From the NCBI RefSeq assembly GCF_026210795.1, contig NC_089431.1:5022001-5086000 (forward strand): DNA of 64,000 nucleotides. Reading direction: 5' to 3'. Numbering within the stretch: the first letter of the stretch is position 1; every line of letters begins with the position of its first letter. Positions 14,377 to 26,068 of the stretch are shown here, in pieces. This DNA is from Rhizophagus irregularis (Eukaryota). Position numbers and translations under genes: made by a program. The notes beneath the pieces were generated by a model, which ran no database searches, was not told where the DNA came from, and was given only the letters and a program-made list of their open reading frames with translations.

Positions 14377-14379
14377 ATT

Positions 14380-14397
14380 TGGTGCCTTCTGCCAGAA
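14380..14397 (+). promoter_or_regulatory. Primer-binding site (tRNA 3' end complement)
   Basis: TGGTGCCTTCTGCCAGAA lies 3 nt after the LTR. Its complement, UU-CUGGC-AGAAGGC-A-CCA, has T-stem/acceptor-stem/CCA geometry. tRNA isotype not assigned. Confidence 0.85.
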
Positions 14398-14420
14398 ACT
14401 GATACCCACCCGATTGTTGT

Positions 14421-16197
14421 ATGATAGATTATAACCTATTCTTTCAACAGAATACTATACACGATCGTTGGCATACACGTTTAAACAATAATATAATCCA
14501 AGTTCAGTATTATCATCGTGATCTTTCCTGTCCATATTGTTACCCACCTGGACCCAATACTCCACAATTCGTTAACTTTTGGGACTGGTATTCAACCGAA
14601 AATCCTACTGAAAGTTATACCAGTAATACTCAACAAGCACTAGAGGATTTATCGGACGCACCTACCATTCGGGATCTTTGGGAAGCTATCTATTCACTGG
14701 TTTTCACTGTAAGATATACCGATATACCTCGTCCTTACACCAATCTAAGGCAAGAGATATACAACGCTTGTATCCTTACTGATAATTTTGAGAAGGATTT
14801 TTACGGAGAGCTATTGGAAGTAACTAGTGAAACTGAAGAACTTGAATTATCTGAGGTATTAACCGATTCTTCAGAATCCCTTGTTGTACAATTATCAACT
14901 GGATCGTCCAACTATTCCGATTTAGAGATCAACTTTGATCTAATAGGACCGGAGCCTGGGCTACTATATATCAACGAAGATCTTTACCTTAATAATTTAT
15001 TTAAAGAAGAAGAAGCCGGATTACTTTATACCGACGAAGACCTTCACTTAGATTTCCTATTTCAAGCACCAGATCCTGGTTTACTCTATACCGACGAAGA
15101 ATTATATTTAGAAAATTTATTCAACAAACCAGAAGAACCAGACATGGCGGCTATGGCCGGAGGAATGCCTAATGCTAACCAGCTCCTTAACGCCTTGAAT
15201 AATTTGACGAATGCGTTAGGAGTTGGCGGAAATAATATGCAAAATGTGAATAATGCGTTAAACAATTTAAACGCAGCGGTAACAGCTAACAATAATGCAA
15301 TGCTGAATCGGGGAGTACAAGCGGCACCAGTTCCGACGTTTTATGGCAGAAACCAAGACCCGATTACATGGTTAAACGAGTTCAATAACGCATGCGCAGC
15401 AAACGGATGGAATGCAGCACGCAAATTGCAAGTCGTGCCCGCCTATCTGAAAGGAACGGCCGCAGTATGGTGGCAAACGGTTGTCAACAACCCTATAAAC
15501 GCGTGGGGAGGAGTAGCGAATAATAACACATTTGAACATGTGTTCAAGCAGCAATTCCGAACACCTGCATTGGTTGAAATGTATAATATACTTATTTTAT
15601 TTGTTCATGATTTTGGACTAACGGCAACAACAACCGAACGAAACGGTCGATCAATATGCGTCAGCAATCAGGGAATTATACCAGTGAATCAACACGCCGG
15701 TATTTGCATACCCGGATAATGTACAAGCCCGGAAGTTCGTGTCTGGCTTGTTACCAGAATTATACATGGCGGTGAAACCCTTTGGAGATCAAACGTTGAC
15801 CGACGCCATTAATCGAGCAAAGGCCTGCGAATTGACGATGAATTCTGGAAGACCTCGGATAATGAATTATGCGCAAACCGGCAAATCTGAGATGGCTGAA
15901 TTGACGAAATTAGTTACCGTGTTGGCGCAACAAGTTTCCGAAATTGAGAAAAAAATTGATAATCGTCCGTCTGGTAGTTATCGGAAACCACCTGCTGCGA
16001 GACCAGAACTATCGGTTCCAGATAGACCACCAATAGTATGTTACTCGTGTGGGGAACCTGGACATATTAGCAGACGATGTCCAAAGAAGGAGAATACTAC
16101 CGGTGGTTTCAACCAAACTGGAAATATTGATCCCAATTTGCTCCAGGGATTGTTGAAGCAATTGGGAGGGCAAGGACAATCGGCGCCTTTAAACTAG
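14421..16197 (+). pseudogene. gag: Gag with ~240-aa N-terminal extension and CCHC zinc knuckle; disrupted
   Basis: PTFYG..QDPITWL..F..AC.ANGW capsid-like motif, QQPNETVDQY, and CYSCGEPGHISRRC. Disrupted by a 20-nt insertion at 15583-15602 and in-frame stops at 15619 and 15685. Confidence 0.88.
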
Positions 16198-16246
16198 GAG
16201 GTGCACCTTTGGAGGGTGAAGGTGCGAAACCCGTTCAAAATCCCTC
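16188..16246 (+). promoter_or_regulatory. -1 programmed ribosomal frameshift signal (gag-pol)
   Basis: T TTA AAC heptamer immediately before the gag TAG; pol is in the -1 frame. Stem GCACCTT/AAGGTGC starts 8 nt downstream, and its loop GAGGG is complementary to CCCTC at 16242-46. Confidence 0.8.
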
Positions 16247-19160
16247 GTATGTAACCTTGTTCCAAGCCTACCCTGCTCAAAGGAATAGACCAAAGACTCG
16301 AAGTACTCCATATCCGAATAAAGAAATAATCGAAGAGGAAAATGCTCGCGAAGATCCTCAGTATGCACCAATACCGATTCCTATCCAAACGACTAATAAT
16401 GTTGGCGAAGGAGAGCCGATGACCGTCGATGCGAAAGAACAGGCTACCGAAATTAAAAAGAAGAAGGCTACGGTGCGGAAAAAGAAAACACCGAAGGTTC
16501 AGCCGTCAATAGCTGCTCACATACCACCGTACAACATAGTTGCCGATTTACAACAGCAACGAGCGAACATTACCTTCGGACAGCTATTTCAGATATCACC
16601 AAAGCTCCGAAGCGACGTAGGAAAAAGTTTACGGAAACCAATGACTAGAAGCGCTAAATTCGCTCATCAGGACGTACAAAGTACGACAGCAATGTATTGC
16701 GACGCCATGATAAAAGGGAAAAGAATCCCATTAATTGTTGATACAGGAGCAGCTGGTAGTATTGTTACCTGTCAGCTGTTGAATGACTTGGGAATTGCGA
16801 TAGACCGACCATCTGCTATTGTGATGATAAACGTCAACGGGGAAAAGAAACGGCCATTGGGTGAAGTGCTGGATTTTCCGATAACCGTTGGTGGCGTTAC
16901 TGTTCCTATCAACGTGGTAGTAATCGATACCGAATCTTATAGTGCCATAGTAGGTAACGATTGGCTATCGAAAGTGCAAGCCCAGTTAAATTATAAGGCA
17001 TCGACGTTGTTGTTCACTTGGCAGGGCCGAGAAGTGGAAATCCCTGTTGAATATCAGATGATGCTGCACGAACGAACGATAAAACAAAAAGAGGAAGAGG
17101 CGAGGATAGTTGAAAGTGAAGAGGAAGAGGACGATGGTGATGGAGATGAGGAGGAAGAGTCTGACGATGAATACGAAGAGGAAGAATTAGAAGAAAAGGT
17201 TTATTGTTGCTATCAGTTCGAAAGCGACAGTACGGATACTTTAAAGCAACGTAGATCGTCCGGACTGAAAAAAGAAAATAGTACGACGAGTGGGGATCTA
17301 GTTCTCGTCAATCAAGGGTTTTATTTGCAAAGAAACTTCTACCATTGGAATTATTACCGATATTTAGACGGAAAGTTCCAATCGGAAAAAGCTCGAAAAG
17401 AAATTTGTGGAAATGAAGGCAAAAGTCTTTGCCTATGTGGTAAAGCAAGAGGATGTAAAACCTGCCGAAATGATTTTACTCTATATACGGCAGTGAAAAA
17501 CGTCCCGGAACAAATCGTCACCACGATGAGTATAGTTACGCCTGAAGAGAATGAACCGCCTACAAAGGAACAACGATCACGAGACCTCGAATCGGTCGAA
17601 TTTACACCAAAGGATGTTGATGCGATTCTGCATGAGCAACAGGCCATCAGATGTTATTATTGTGGGAGGCAAGAAATCGGAAAGATAAGGAAACGGAGTG
17701 TTGCGTTACCCTTTTTACATAATGAAATTACCGATATCTTTGCGGGAGAATCAAAGCTACCGAATGTTGGAGAACTAACCGAAACTCAACGGAATGAATT
17801 TCAGAAGTTGATTGAACAGTATCGGGATTTGTTTGCTTGGACAACTGCGGAATTGGGTCGGACAGATTTAGTGTATCACTCGATCGACACCGGAGATGCT
17901 AAACCGATTCGACAACAGTGATACCGAACGTCCCGAACCGAACAACAATTCATAGCTGAAGAAATCCAAAAGATGCTGAAGCAAGGGCTCATCAAAAAAT
18001 CCAAAAGCGCATGGGCATCTCCTGTTGTTTTGGTTCGGAAAAAGAATGGGAAAATGCGATTCTGCGTGGACTATCGTCAGTTGAATCAAGTCACGAAAAA
18101 GGATTCTTATCCGTTACCACGAATAGACGATATGCTCGACGCCTTAGGACATGTATCGTGGTACACTTCGTTGGACTTAGCCAGCGGCTACTGGCAAGTC
18201 GAAGTTGATCCCAAGGACAGAGAGAAAACGGCTTTCATCACCCAGTATGGTACCTATCAATTCCTGGTGATGCCGTTCGGCTTGTGTAATGCACCGGCAA
18301 CCTTTCAACGATTGATGAACGGAATATTGGAGGGGATACTATGGGATTTCGTGGTGGTGTACCTTGACGATTTGAACGTATATTCAACAACGTTCGAAAA
18401 ACATCTGGAACATTTAAGGAATGTATTCGACCGACTTAAGAACGCCGGATTGAAACTGAATCCCGAGAAATGTTATTTCGTAAAAAGAGAACTATCGTTT
18501 CTGGGATATGTGATCAGTTCCAAGGGAATACGCACCGATCCCACGAAAATCGAAAAGGTGGAAAACTTTCCGATACCTTGGAACGTCATCCAATTGCGTG
18601 GATTTTTGGGATTAGCGTCTTATTATCGACGATTTATCAAAGATTTCTCAAAGATCGCAAATCCCTTAAATAAGCTATTAAGAAAGGACAGTCCTTTTGT
18701 ATGGACTGAGGCACAACAACAGTCGTTTGACTTATTGAAGACGCATTTAGTTCAAGCGCCTATTCTCGCATACCCGAAGTTTGACGAAGAATTTATCTTA
18801 TTGACGGATGCTTCAACTTTGGGATTGGGCGCTATCCTCGCTCAGAAGGACGAAGACGAATTCGAGCGAGTCATCGCATATGCAAGTAGGACATTGAGCA
18901 AAGCCGAAAGGAATTATTCGGCTGCCGAACTTGAGTGTTTAGCGGTTGTGTGGGCCGTTGGACACTTCCACCCTTACGTACATGGAAAGCGATTTACTCT
19001 TATAACGGATCATTCGGCATTGTGTTATCTTTTTAACTCGGCAACTCCTACCGGAAGATTGGCCCGCTGGGTCATGAAACTCCAACCCTACGATTTCAAG
19101 ATTATCCACCGCGCCGGCAAGAAACATACGAACGTCGACAGTCTATCGCGAATACATTAG
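16188..19160 (+). pseudogene. pol: Pol: aspartic protease - RT - RNase H (one internal stop at 17919-21)
   Basis: LIVDTGA (protease); SPVVLV.KK..RFCVDYR, MPFGLCNAPATFQ and YLDD (RT); TDAS, ELECLAV, TDH and DSLSR (RNase H). Confidence 0.93.
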
Positions 19161-19244
19161 GAATCGACGAAATCGTAAAATTTTATCGGGATTGTATTTC
19201 TGGACGACACCTCTTATTGGATTACGGCTTGATCTAACCCAACC

Positions 19245-20438
19245 ATGGATATTACGCTATATTACCAACTATTACAATATCTGAATGATCTCGTTCTACC
19301 GGAAACGATGGATTCCACACAAATCCGTAGTTTCAAAAGCAAAGCTCGACACTATTGTTCTATTAACGGAATTTTATACAAGAAAAATAATCAGAACCCT
19401 CAAAGACCTTTACGGGTCCTTCGACCTAGCGAGGTGGAACCGATTTTATATAATTTCCATAGTGATTCGTTAGCCGGACACTTTGGATTTAACGAAACCT
19501 ATCGGACCATTAGTGAAAGGTACTATTGGCCGCAGATGGGAGACGATATTAAACAATATGTGCAGACCTGTGAAATATGTCAAAAACGGAAACCGCCAAT
19601 AAAATCGGAACCGTTACATCCCATCAAGTATATCGTCGTGGCCACTGAATACTTAACGAAGTGGCCGAAAGCTCGTGCCCTTCCAGACGCTAAGGCCACT
19701 TCGGTGGTTCCGTTTTTCTATGACGATATCATTTGTCGGCATGGTTGCCCGAAGGAACTCCTAACCGACCAAGGAACTCATTTCGTTAATGAGCTTCTGG
19801 ATTCGTTATGTAATCGGCTGGGAGTAAAACATCGGTTATCCACTGCTTACCATCCACAGACGAACGGGTTGGTCGAAAGGTTCAATCGGACCTTGTGCGA
19901 ACTTTTGGCCAAGTATTCTGACCAATATCAGCAGGATTGGGACGTCTACCTCCCATCTGCCTTGTTTGCCTATCGCACCATGCGACAGAACACGACCCGT
20001 TACGAGCCTTTCTATTTGATGTATGGGAGAGAGGCTACTATACCGATTGAATTACAAATCTCTAGTCAACCTGATAGTTCCGAACAAGTTGAAGACCTTA
20101 CAGCAACATATTTTAAGCGACTATATCAGATAATTGGACCACTGGAAGAAGATCGTCACAAGGCGTAGCAAAATATTCACCGATCCCAAGAAAAACAAGT
20201 TGAGCAATATGGGAAGAAAGTTCACCCACATCGGTACCAAATCGGCGATAAAGTGCTACTTCGGAATTTTAAGGCCAGGAAATTGGATCCGAAGTGGAAC
20301 GGACCCTACTACATACACGATATAGGACCGAATGGAACCTATAAGCTGCGGACAATGGATGGTCGCTTACGTAAGAAATTAATAAACGCAAATCATCTCC
20401 TTCCATATTTTGAAAGGAGAGTGAACAGCGACGATTAG
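19245..20438 (+). pseudogene. int: Integrase ORF (HHCC - DDE core - GPY/F), separate from RT-RH; internal deletion and one stop
   Basis: H..GHFG...CEIC, TDQG, NGLVERFN and KLDPKWNGPY motifs. The segment holding the first catalytic Asp is missing (HPIK|YIVVAT). TAG at 20166-68. No chromodomain. Confidence 0.9.
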
Positions 20439-21065
20439 GTAATCAAACAATGCAGGATACGACATGAATCTTCTACAATTTTCTAGAAAAATAGGAAAAT
20501 ATAAAAGGGACGCCAGAATGAAGTCATCTTGACGTAAAAATGGAGACATATTCTAAGGAAACTATCCGGCAATTAAAGATTTTTCTACAACATTGGTTAC
20601 ACGAAAGGCGACCTAATGATGTTCTTACGATTGATTCCGACCGGATCCTTTTCAGTAATAATTTTGGAATACAGGAAATTCATCTATACGATTTTATTGG
20701 GAATTGTGCAACTGTTTTGGAAAAATGTGTGGAGGACTTGCGAAAGGAAGGAGTGACAACTGTTCCTGTACCGGATTATGTAGGACAGGATGATGAACAA
20801 CGATTAGAAACATTATTACATTTGACGCAACAACCCTCCTTCCATAGGCGAAAAACATTACATAGAATAGAGACCTTTTATTATTTAGGGGAAGTTCTAA
20901 CTCTACGAGGATGGCGGAAGAAGGATGCCCGGCGAATAAGAGAGTTATTCAGCACCAATAAAGGCGCTAGTGAATTTAAGAAGACGGCTAAGCGTGTATA
21001 CGAATTGTTCCAGGCGAGAGGATTGGCTAATTTGTATGCAGTAACCTATATACGACCACATCACC

Positions 21066-24000
21066 AGGTATAACGATAAACTGTACTGTACGGTTAGTTA
21101 AACTGTACTGTACGATTAACCTGTTAATTTCATACAGCACGGTATAATACTTAATAAGCAATAAACTGTACTGTACGAATTTTAATGAATTTTAACGGTT
21201 AGTCGTACAGTACAATATTGTACTTAATAAGTGATAAACTGTACTGTACGAATTTTAACCAGTTAATCGTACAGTACAGTTAAAATAATCACGTGACACT
21301 AAATTCTACGCGTCGGTATTAGGATAAGTATTGAGATAAAAAAATTATTTTTTTTTATATAATACACAAATAAAAAATTATACATGTTTCTACATAATTA
21401 TATTCATAACTAATATAAATTATTTCCTAACTTTTATATACCAAATTACTAATTAATTTCAAAAGAGAATAAATTTGAAATATTGTTATATTAATTTCTC
21501 CTAATATTTATTTATTTGTTAATGAATTATATTCACGTATGTATATTAAAAAACCAATAGATTTTATAAACCTAAAATCTTTTTTCGTTTCTCAAGTAGT
21601 ATGATTTCTCTTTCAAGTTCATCATTTTTCTGTTTTTGAATAATTAGCATGTCTTGCTCCAGATCTTTCATTTTCCTTTGTTCTTCAAGACGTAAATTTT
21701 CATCTGAATCAATAATTTCAATTACATTTTCTTTATTCCTGAAATTACTTTTTTGTTTCTTTCTTGTATTTGAAGATAATAAAGGTTGTTTACCCTTACG
21801 CCTTTTCTCTAAAATAATTTAATCAAATACATTGTAATCAATTAAATTAAGTAAATTTCAGTTAAAATAAATCAAAGATATTTACCTACTCTTTGTTCAG
21901 CTTGAATTAATCGAGTTAATTCAGATTTATTTCGATATGAATCTGGAACATTATATTTTTTATAAATATCTATACTTTCCCACTGTCTATTATCAAAATC
22001 ACGTCCTCTTTAAAAAGAAAGAAAATTATTAGAATTGCATTTTTTAACAAAAGTAATTTTTGAATTTGTAAATAATAATCAAAATAAAATAAATAATTAC
22101 CTAGCAATACCAGCAAGGAGAGAAAGGTTACGACCATCATGATTTACATTTGCATGTGCACTTTCTCCAACGTTTGTATTATTTGGAGTTTGATGCCAAA
22201 TATTACTATCCATTTTAGTAAATGCATATGAAACTCCTGACAAAACCCATGGAGTACGCTTATCATTTACCCAAGCTATAATAAAAATTAAACACTTCAA
22301 TAAAATTATTAAATAATTTAACTTAATATTTGCGATTTTATTACCTGCAGTTCCTGGTTCTTCACAAGACTCAATTTTATTTAATACTTCTAAGACTTCT
22401 TCTTGTGTATTTAAAGAGGGAATTAAATACATAGCATTGCGAATTTCTCTTGATAATTGTCTGTTTTTGTCAATGTTTCTAAAATAAAGGAACAGTTAAT
22501 AATTTATTGTTATAAATAATTAATATTTATTATATAAAATCTTACCGTTTATAATGGACCTGACAGAGTTTATAAATATATTGCAGATGTTCAACTGGAG
22601 CTAGATGTGGATACTTTGAACTTAAATATTGACCTAAACCTTTAATTATTTTTTTTTTTTAATGTCATAAATTAATTATATTGTTAAAATAACTCATAAT
22701 ATAAAATTTTAACATACCTAACGCTTGTCCTTTGTGTTGATCTGCAATTATACATCCCAATCCTTTGCCATGAATATGATAAAAGCTAAAAGTTTCTCCT
22801 GTATCCCTTTCAATACAATTAAATAGGTCTTCAAATAAATTTTGATATGCATTAGCTGTTTCAACATTTGTAAATATTCGCACAAATGTTAAAGCTAGTA
22901 CAAAATTTTAATAAATAAAATCAGTAATAATAAAAAATTTAATAAATATTTATTATAAATCTTATAAATCTAAATTTAGCTTACTTTTTTGCACGTGAGG
23001 TAGATATGCTGCTACTTCCCATTCATTTGTAATACCATGAATTCTTTTAAATGCCATATCAATTTCAAAATATGTTAGTTCAGAAAGTGCTTTGAGTTGT
23101 TGTTTGGTAGCACATAAAACAATGTATTGTCCACTATCAAGAAAACCTGAGTAAAATGAAATATTAGATTTTATTTATAAATATCGTATTAATAAATTAA
23201 TATACAATTAAATTACTTACGAATTGATCTTATATATGGATCATTGCTTTTTTCATGTTTCATAAACTCATGTACAACTCCCAAAATGTTTTGGCCGAAT
23301 GGGTATTGTGAGCGTCTGGTTTTCTCAATATAATAATTGATCTTAGATTGATTATTTAACGATGGGTGCAAATCACTTATTGCCCTTCCATTCAAATAAC
23401 TTTGAATCATAGATCCTATTTATAATTATCAAAGAAGAGTTGTAACTATTCCTTTATAAATTACAAATATATAATATAATATACCTGTTAAAAACTTTCT
23501 TGCCGTTAAATCAAGTATATGCTCATTATCAATTATTTTTTGAAGCTGATTCTTCACATTGTATGGTGTTTTGCGAGGTGGAGGAGGTGGATGATTATGT
23601 TTACCTACCGATACAGTTACAATGAATGGACAATCTTTTAAATTTTCTGGAATTATATGGTAAAATTTAACTGGACAACTGTCAGTCTTCTTATTTATAA
23701 TTCCTTTGATAATACGATTTCCAGCTTTATGTAAAAATGCTAAAAGTTTATTCAAAAAATTATAATTAAAAATAGTATATGACGACATTATAGATAACAT
23801 TATTAGTTAAACACTTACGACATTCATCTGATCGTGTACTATTAGGCCGTACTATATAACATTCATCTACTACATCCAATTCATCCTTCTATAATTTAAA
23901 TATTAATGAACATTATTTTTTTTAAAAAAAATCATCTGTTTAAATTATTTTAATAATTAAATTTACCTCAAAATCAATTCCATTGGGATGGTAAGAATGC

Positions 24001-25434
24001 CCATTAAACATATCTTCTAATAATTCTAAATCAATATTGCTTGGAATTGTTAGATAACGGTGATTTTTTTCCCCAGATTGCCATTTAGTGCAACCAATAA
24101 ACTTCTTTTTTGATGACGTTGAGCCTATCACCTATAAATAATTATATAGAAATTAGTTTTATAATTACAATAACAATAATTATTTCGCAGTAAATTAATT
24201 ATTTAATATCATAATTTATAACAAATAGAAAATATTTGAACTTTTATACTTTATAAAAGTTAAATTTGCAAATAAAAAGTAAAAATAATCGCAATATAAT
24301 TATAAACATGTTAAACATACTTGTGTAAATTCGCCTAATGTTGGTGTACCATTACACCGTATTCCTTTTTGATCAACATACCCACATTTATACTCGTGCG
24401 CTTTGGCAAATATACTTTAAAATTTAAAAATTAATAATTAAATCATTATAAATAATTCCAATGTATAAATTTACTACTAACCAAAGGGTTGCTCTTTCCT
24501 GAAATTTTTCATTGGCGTCAAATAAATTTTTAAAGAGAGACGAAGTAAAATCCACAGATGTGTGATCTACTTCTAATTTTTTAGATGCAAATTCACACAT
24601 TTTCACACTAAGACATTTTCTCTCTTCTTTAGATACTTTTATTCCAGGAAAAAAATCACAATTCTTTACTGTTCGGGTTGTACCACTACCTCCATAGGAG
24701 TATTGGATATTAGTCATTGAAAACGCCTTTCGTGCCTCTTCTTCATCCCATCCTGACACATTGTACACACTTGCAAAACCAGTTTCTGACGTGTTAGGAT
24801 ATTCTTGAAATTCTATATAATAATGAATTTCAGACGCTGTTAACTTTTGGCCAAATTTAGCAACTTTAATAGGCCACTAAAAACCAAAAAAGAATTAATT
24901 ATTAATTATTATTTAAAATTAAAATACAAAAATCTAATTTTAGTGTTTATATTATTTTTTCCGCCTATTTTAGCATTCATCCATGTATATATCAAGAGTA
25001 TTAGTTGACCCTTCTCGTGGTATTTTTAACCTTATTTTTAATCTTATGCAGAATATGTTGTACGGGTCACTATATATATCTAATATTGATAAAATAACTG
25101 ATAATCTAAATAACTATTTTGCGTTGTCTCCGGCTTTTAACTCACCTCTTCAATAAGTTCTTCATTAACTTCTATAGGATTTTCTACCATTTTATCAGAG
25201 ACTTGTGTAAAGATTTGTTGTTTATAAGTTTTAATAACGCGTTGTTTTAGAAAAAAAAAAAATCAAAAAAAATTTTTTATTTGATTTAGTGAACCATTCA
25301 ATTGGTAGAAGATCATTTGGTGTACTGTACTATTTTTGTGTAATGTAGTGATTTTTATTGTTGTACAATTACGCAATTCAAAATTCGTACAGTACAGTTT
25401 TACTGATCGTACAGTACAGTTTATATGTATACCC
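21066..25434 (-). mobile_element. Mutator-like (MULE) DNA transposon, 4.37 kb
   Basis: 9-bp TSD CACATCACC (21057-65 / 25435-43). Imperfect TIRs (A/G)GGTATA...ATAAACTGTACTGTACG, with multiple AAACTGTACTGTACG subterminal repeats at both ends. Confidence 0.9.
21564..25190 (-). CDS. MULE-type DDE transposase, many short introns
   Basis: Exons encode FEIDMAFKR (D), CIIADQHKGQALG (D), LCQVHYKR (CxxH), TNVGESAHA (E), upstream Cys/His motifs (HNHPPPPP) and a C-terminal coiled coil. Exon model only partly traced. Confidence 0.8.
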
Positions 25435-25556
25435 CACATCACCTTGACCAGATGGAGGAAGACGAATTTTATGGTCAATTACTACCGATTGCTCGCCAGT
25501 TGCGTGAAGCCGAAACCCTGACCTTAATACAGGGCTCGCAGGAGCTCACCCTTTCT

Positions 25557-25563
25557 AGGGGGG
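25557..25563 (+). promoter_or_regulatory. Polypurine tract
   Basis: AGGGGGG 4 nt upstream of the 3' LTR. Confidence 0.65.
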
Positions 25564-25567
25564 CTGA

Positions 25568-26068
25568 TGTTACGCGGATCTGCGCCACATGGAAAGTTCA
25601 AGAAATTAGCAGCGATCCGCAGTGTAACGGTGTAACTTATACTTTGTATAGTTTATACTAAGTGTAATTTATACTTGGTATAATTTATATGAAGTTTAAC
25701 TTATACATAGTATAATTTATACCGAATTTTCGAACAATATATATAGAGCGGGCGAACAGTGGGGAATAGGGGATAATTAAGGTTTATTTAGTGTTAAATT
25801 TTAGTATAGTTTATTCGGTAATATTGCAGATCGCCGGCAGAGGCAGCAATATTCTATTCTGATATTATTTATGAAATTTATTATGTATTAGCATTTATTT
25901 ATTGCTTGATTATTTTAAGTTATTATTTACATTGAATAAATATACACTTTAAAATCATACATATAACTCTTAATTTTACATATATACTTTATTTCATTTC
26001 ATTTTACGATAAACGTGACACGAATTTCTGTTACTATCACGTGACCCTGACGCAAATCGATAGTAACA
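25568..26068 (+). repeat. 3' LTR
   Basis: 501-bp direct repeat of 13876-14376, followed by the GTAT TSD. Confidence 0.97.

Larger units (their letters stand above)
20540..25661 (+). pseudogene. Third ORF of the retrotransposon (reconstructed 247 aa, unknown function), split by the Mutator-like insertion
   Basis: 20540-21065 plus 25444-25661 rejoin in frame (..IRPHH|LDQMEE..) after removing the insert and one TSD copy. TATAAAA at 20500-06. The ORF ends 94 nt inside the 3' LTR. Confidence 0.85.
13876..26068 (+). mobile_element. Ty3/Gypsy LTR retrotransposon, full length, decayed, with nested Mutator-like element
   Basis: Two 501-bp LTRs (TGTTA...TAACA), 4-bp TSD GTAT (13872-75 / 26069-72), PBS, PPT, and domain order Gag-PR-RT-RH-IN. 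Confidence 0.97.

Noticed and set aside
15086..19473. Short antisense or alternative-frame ORFs inside gag/pol/int
   Set aside because: Shadow ORFs of the GC-richer retroelement coding region, with no motifs.
20540..21073. ORF3 as a retroviral envelope gene
   Set aside because: No signal peptide or transmembrane segment, and only 247 aa when reconstructed.
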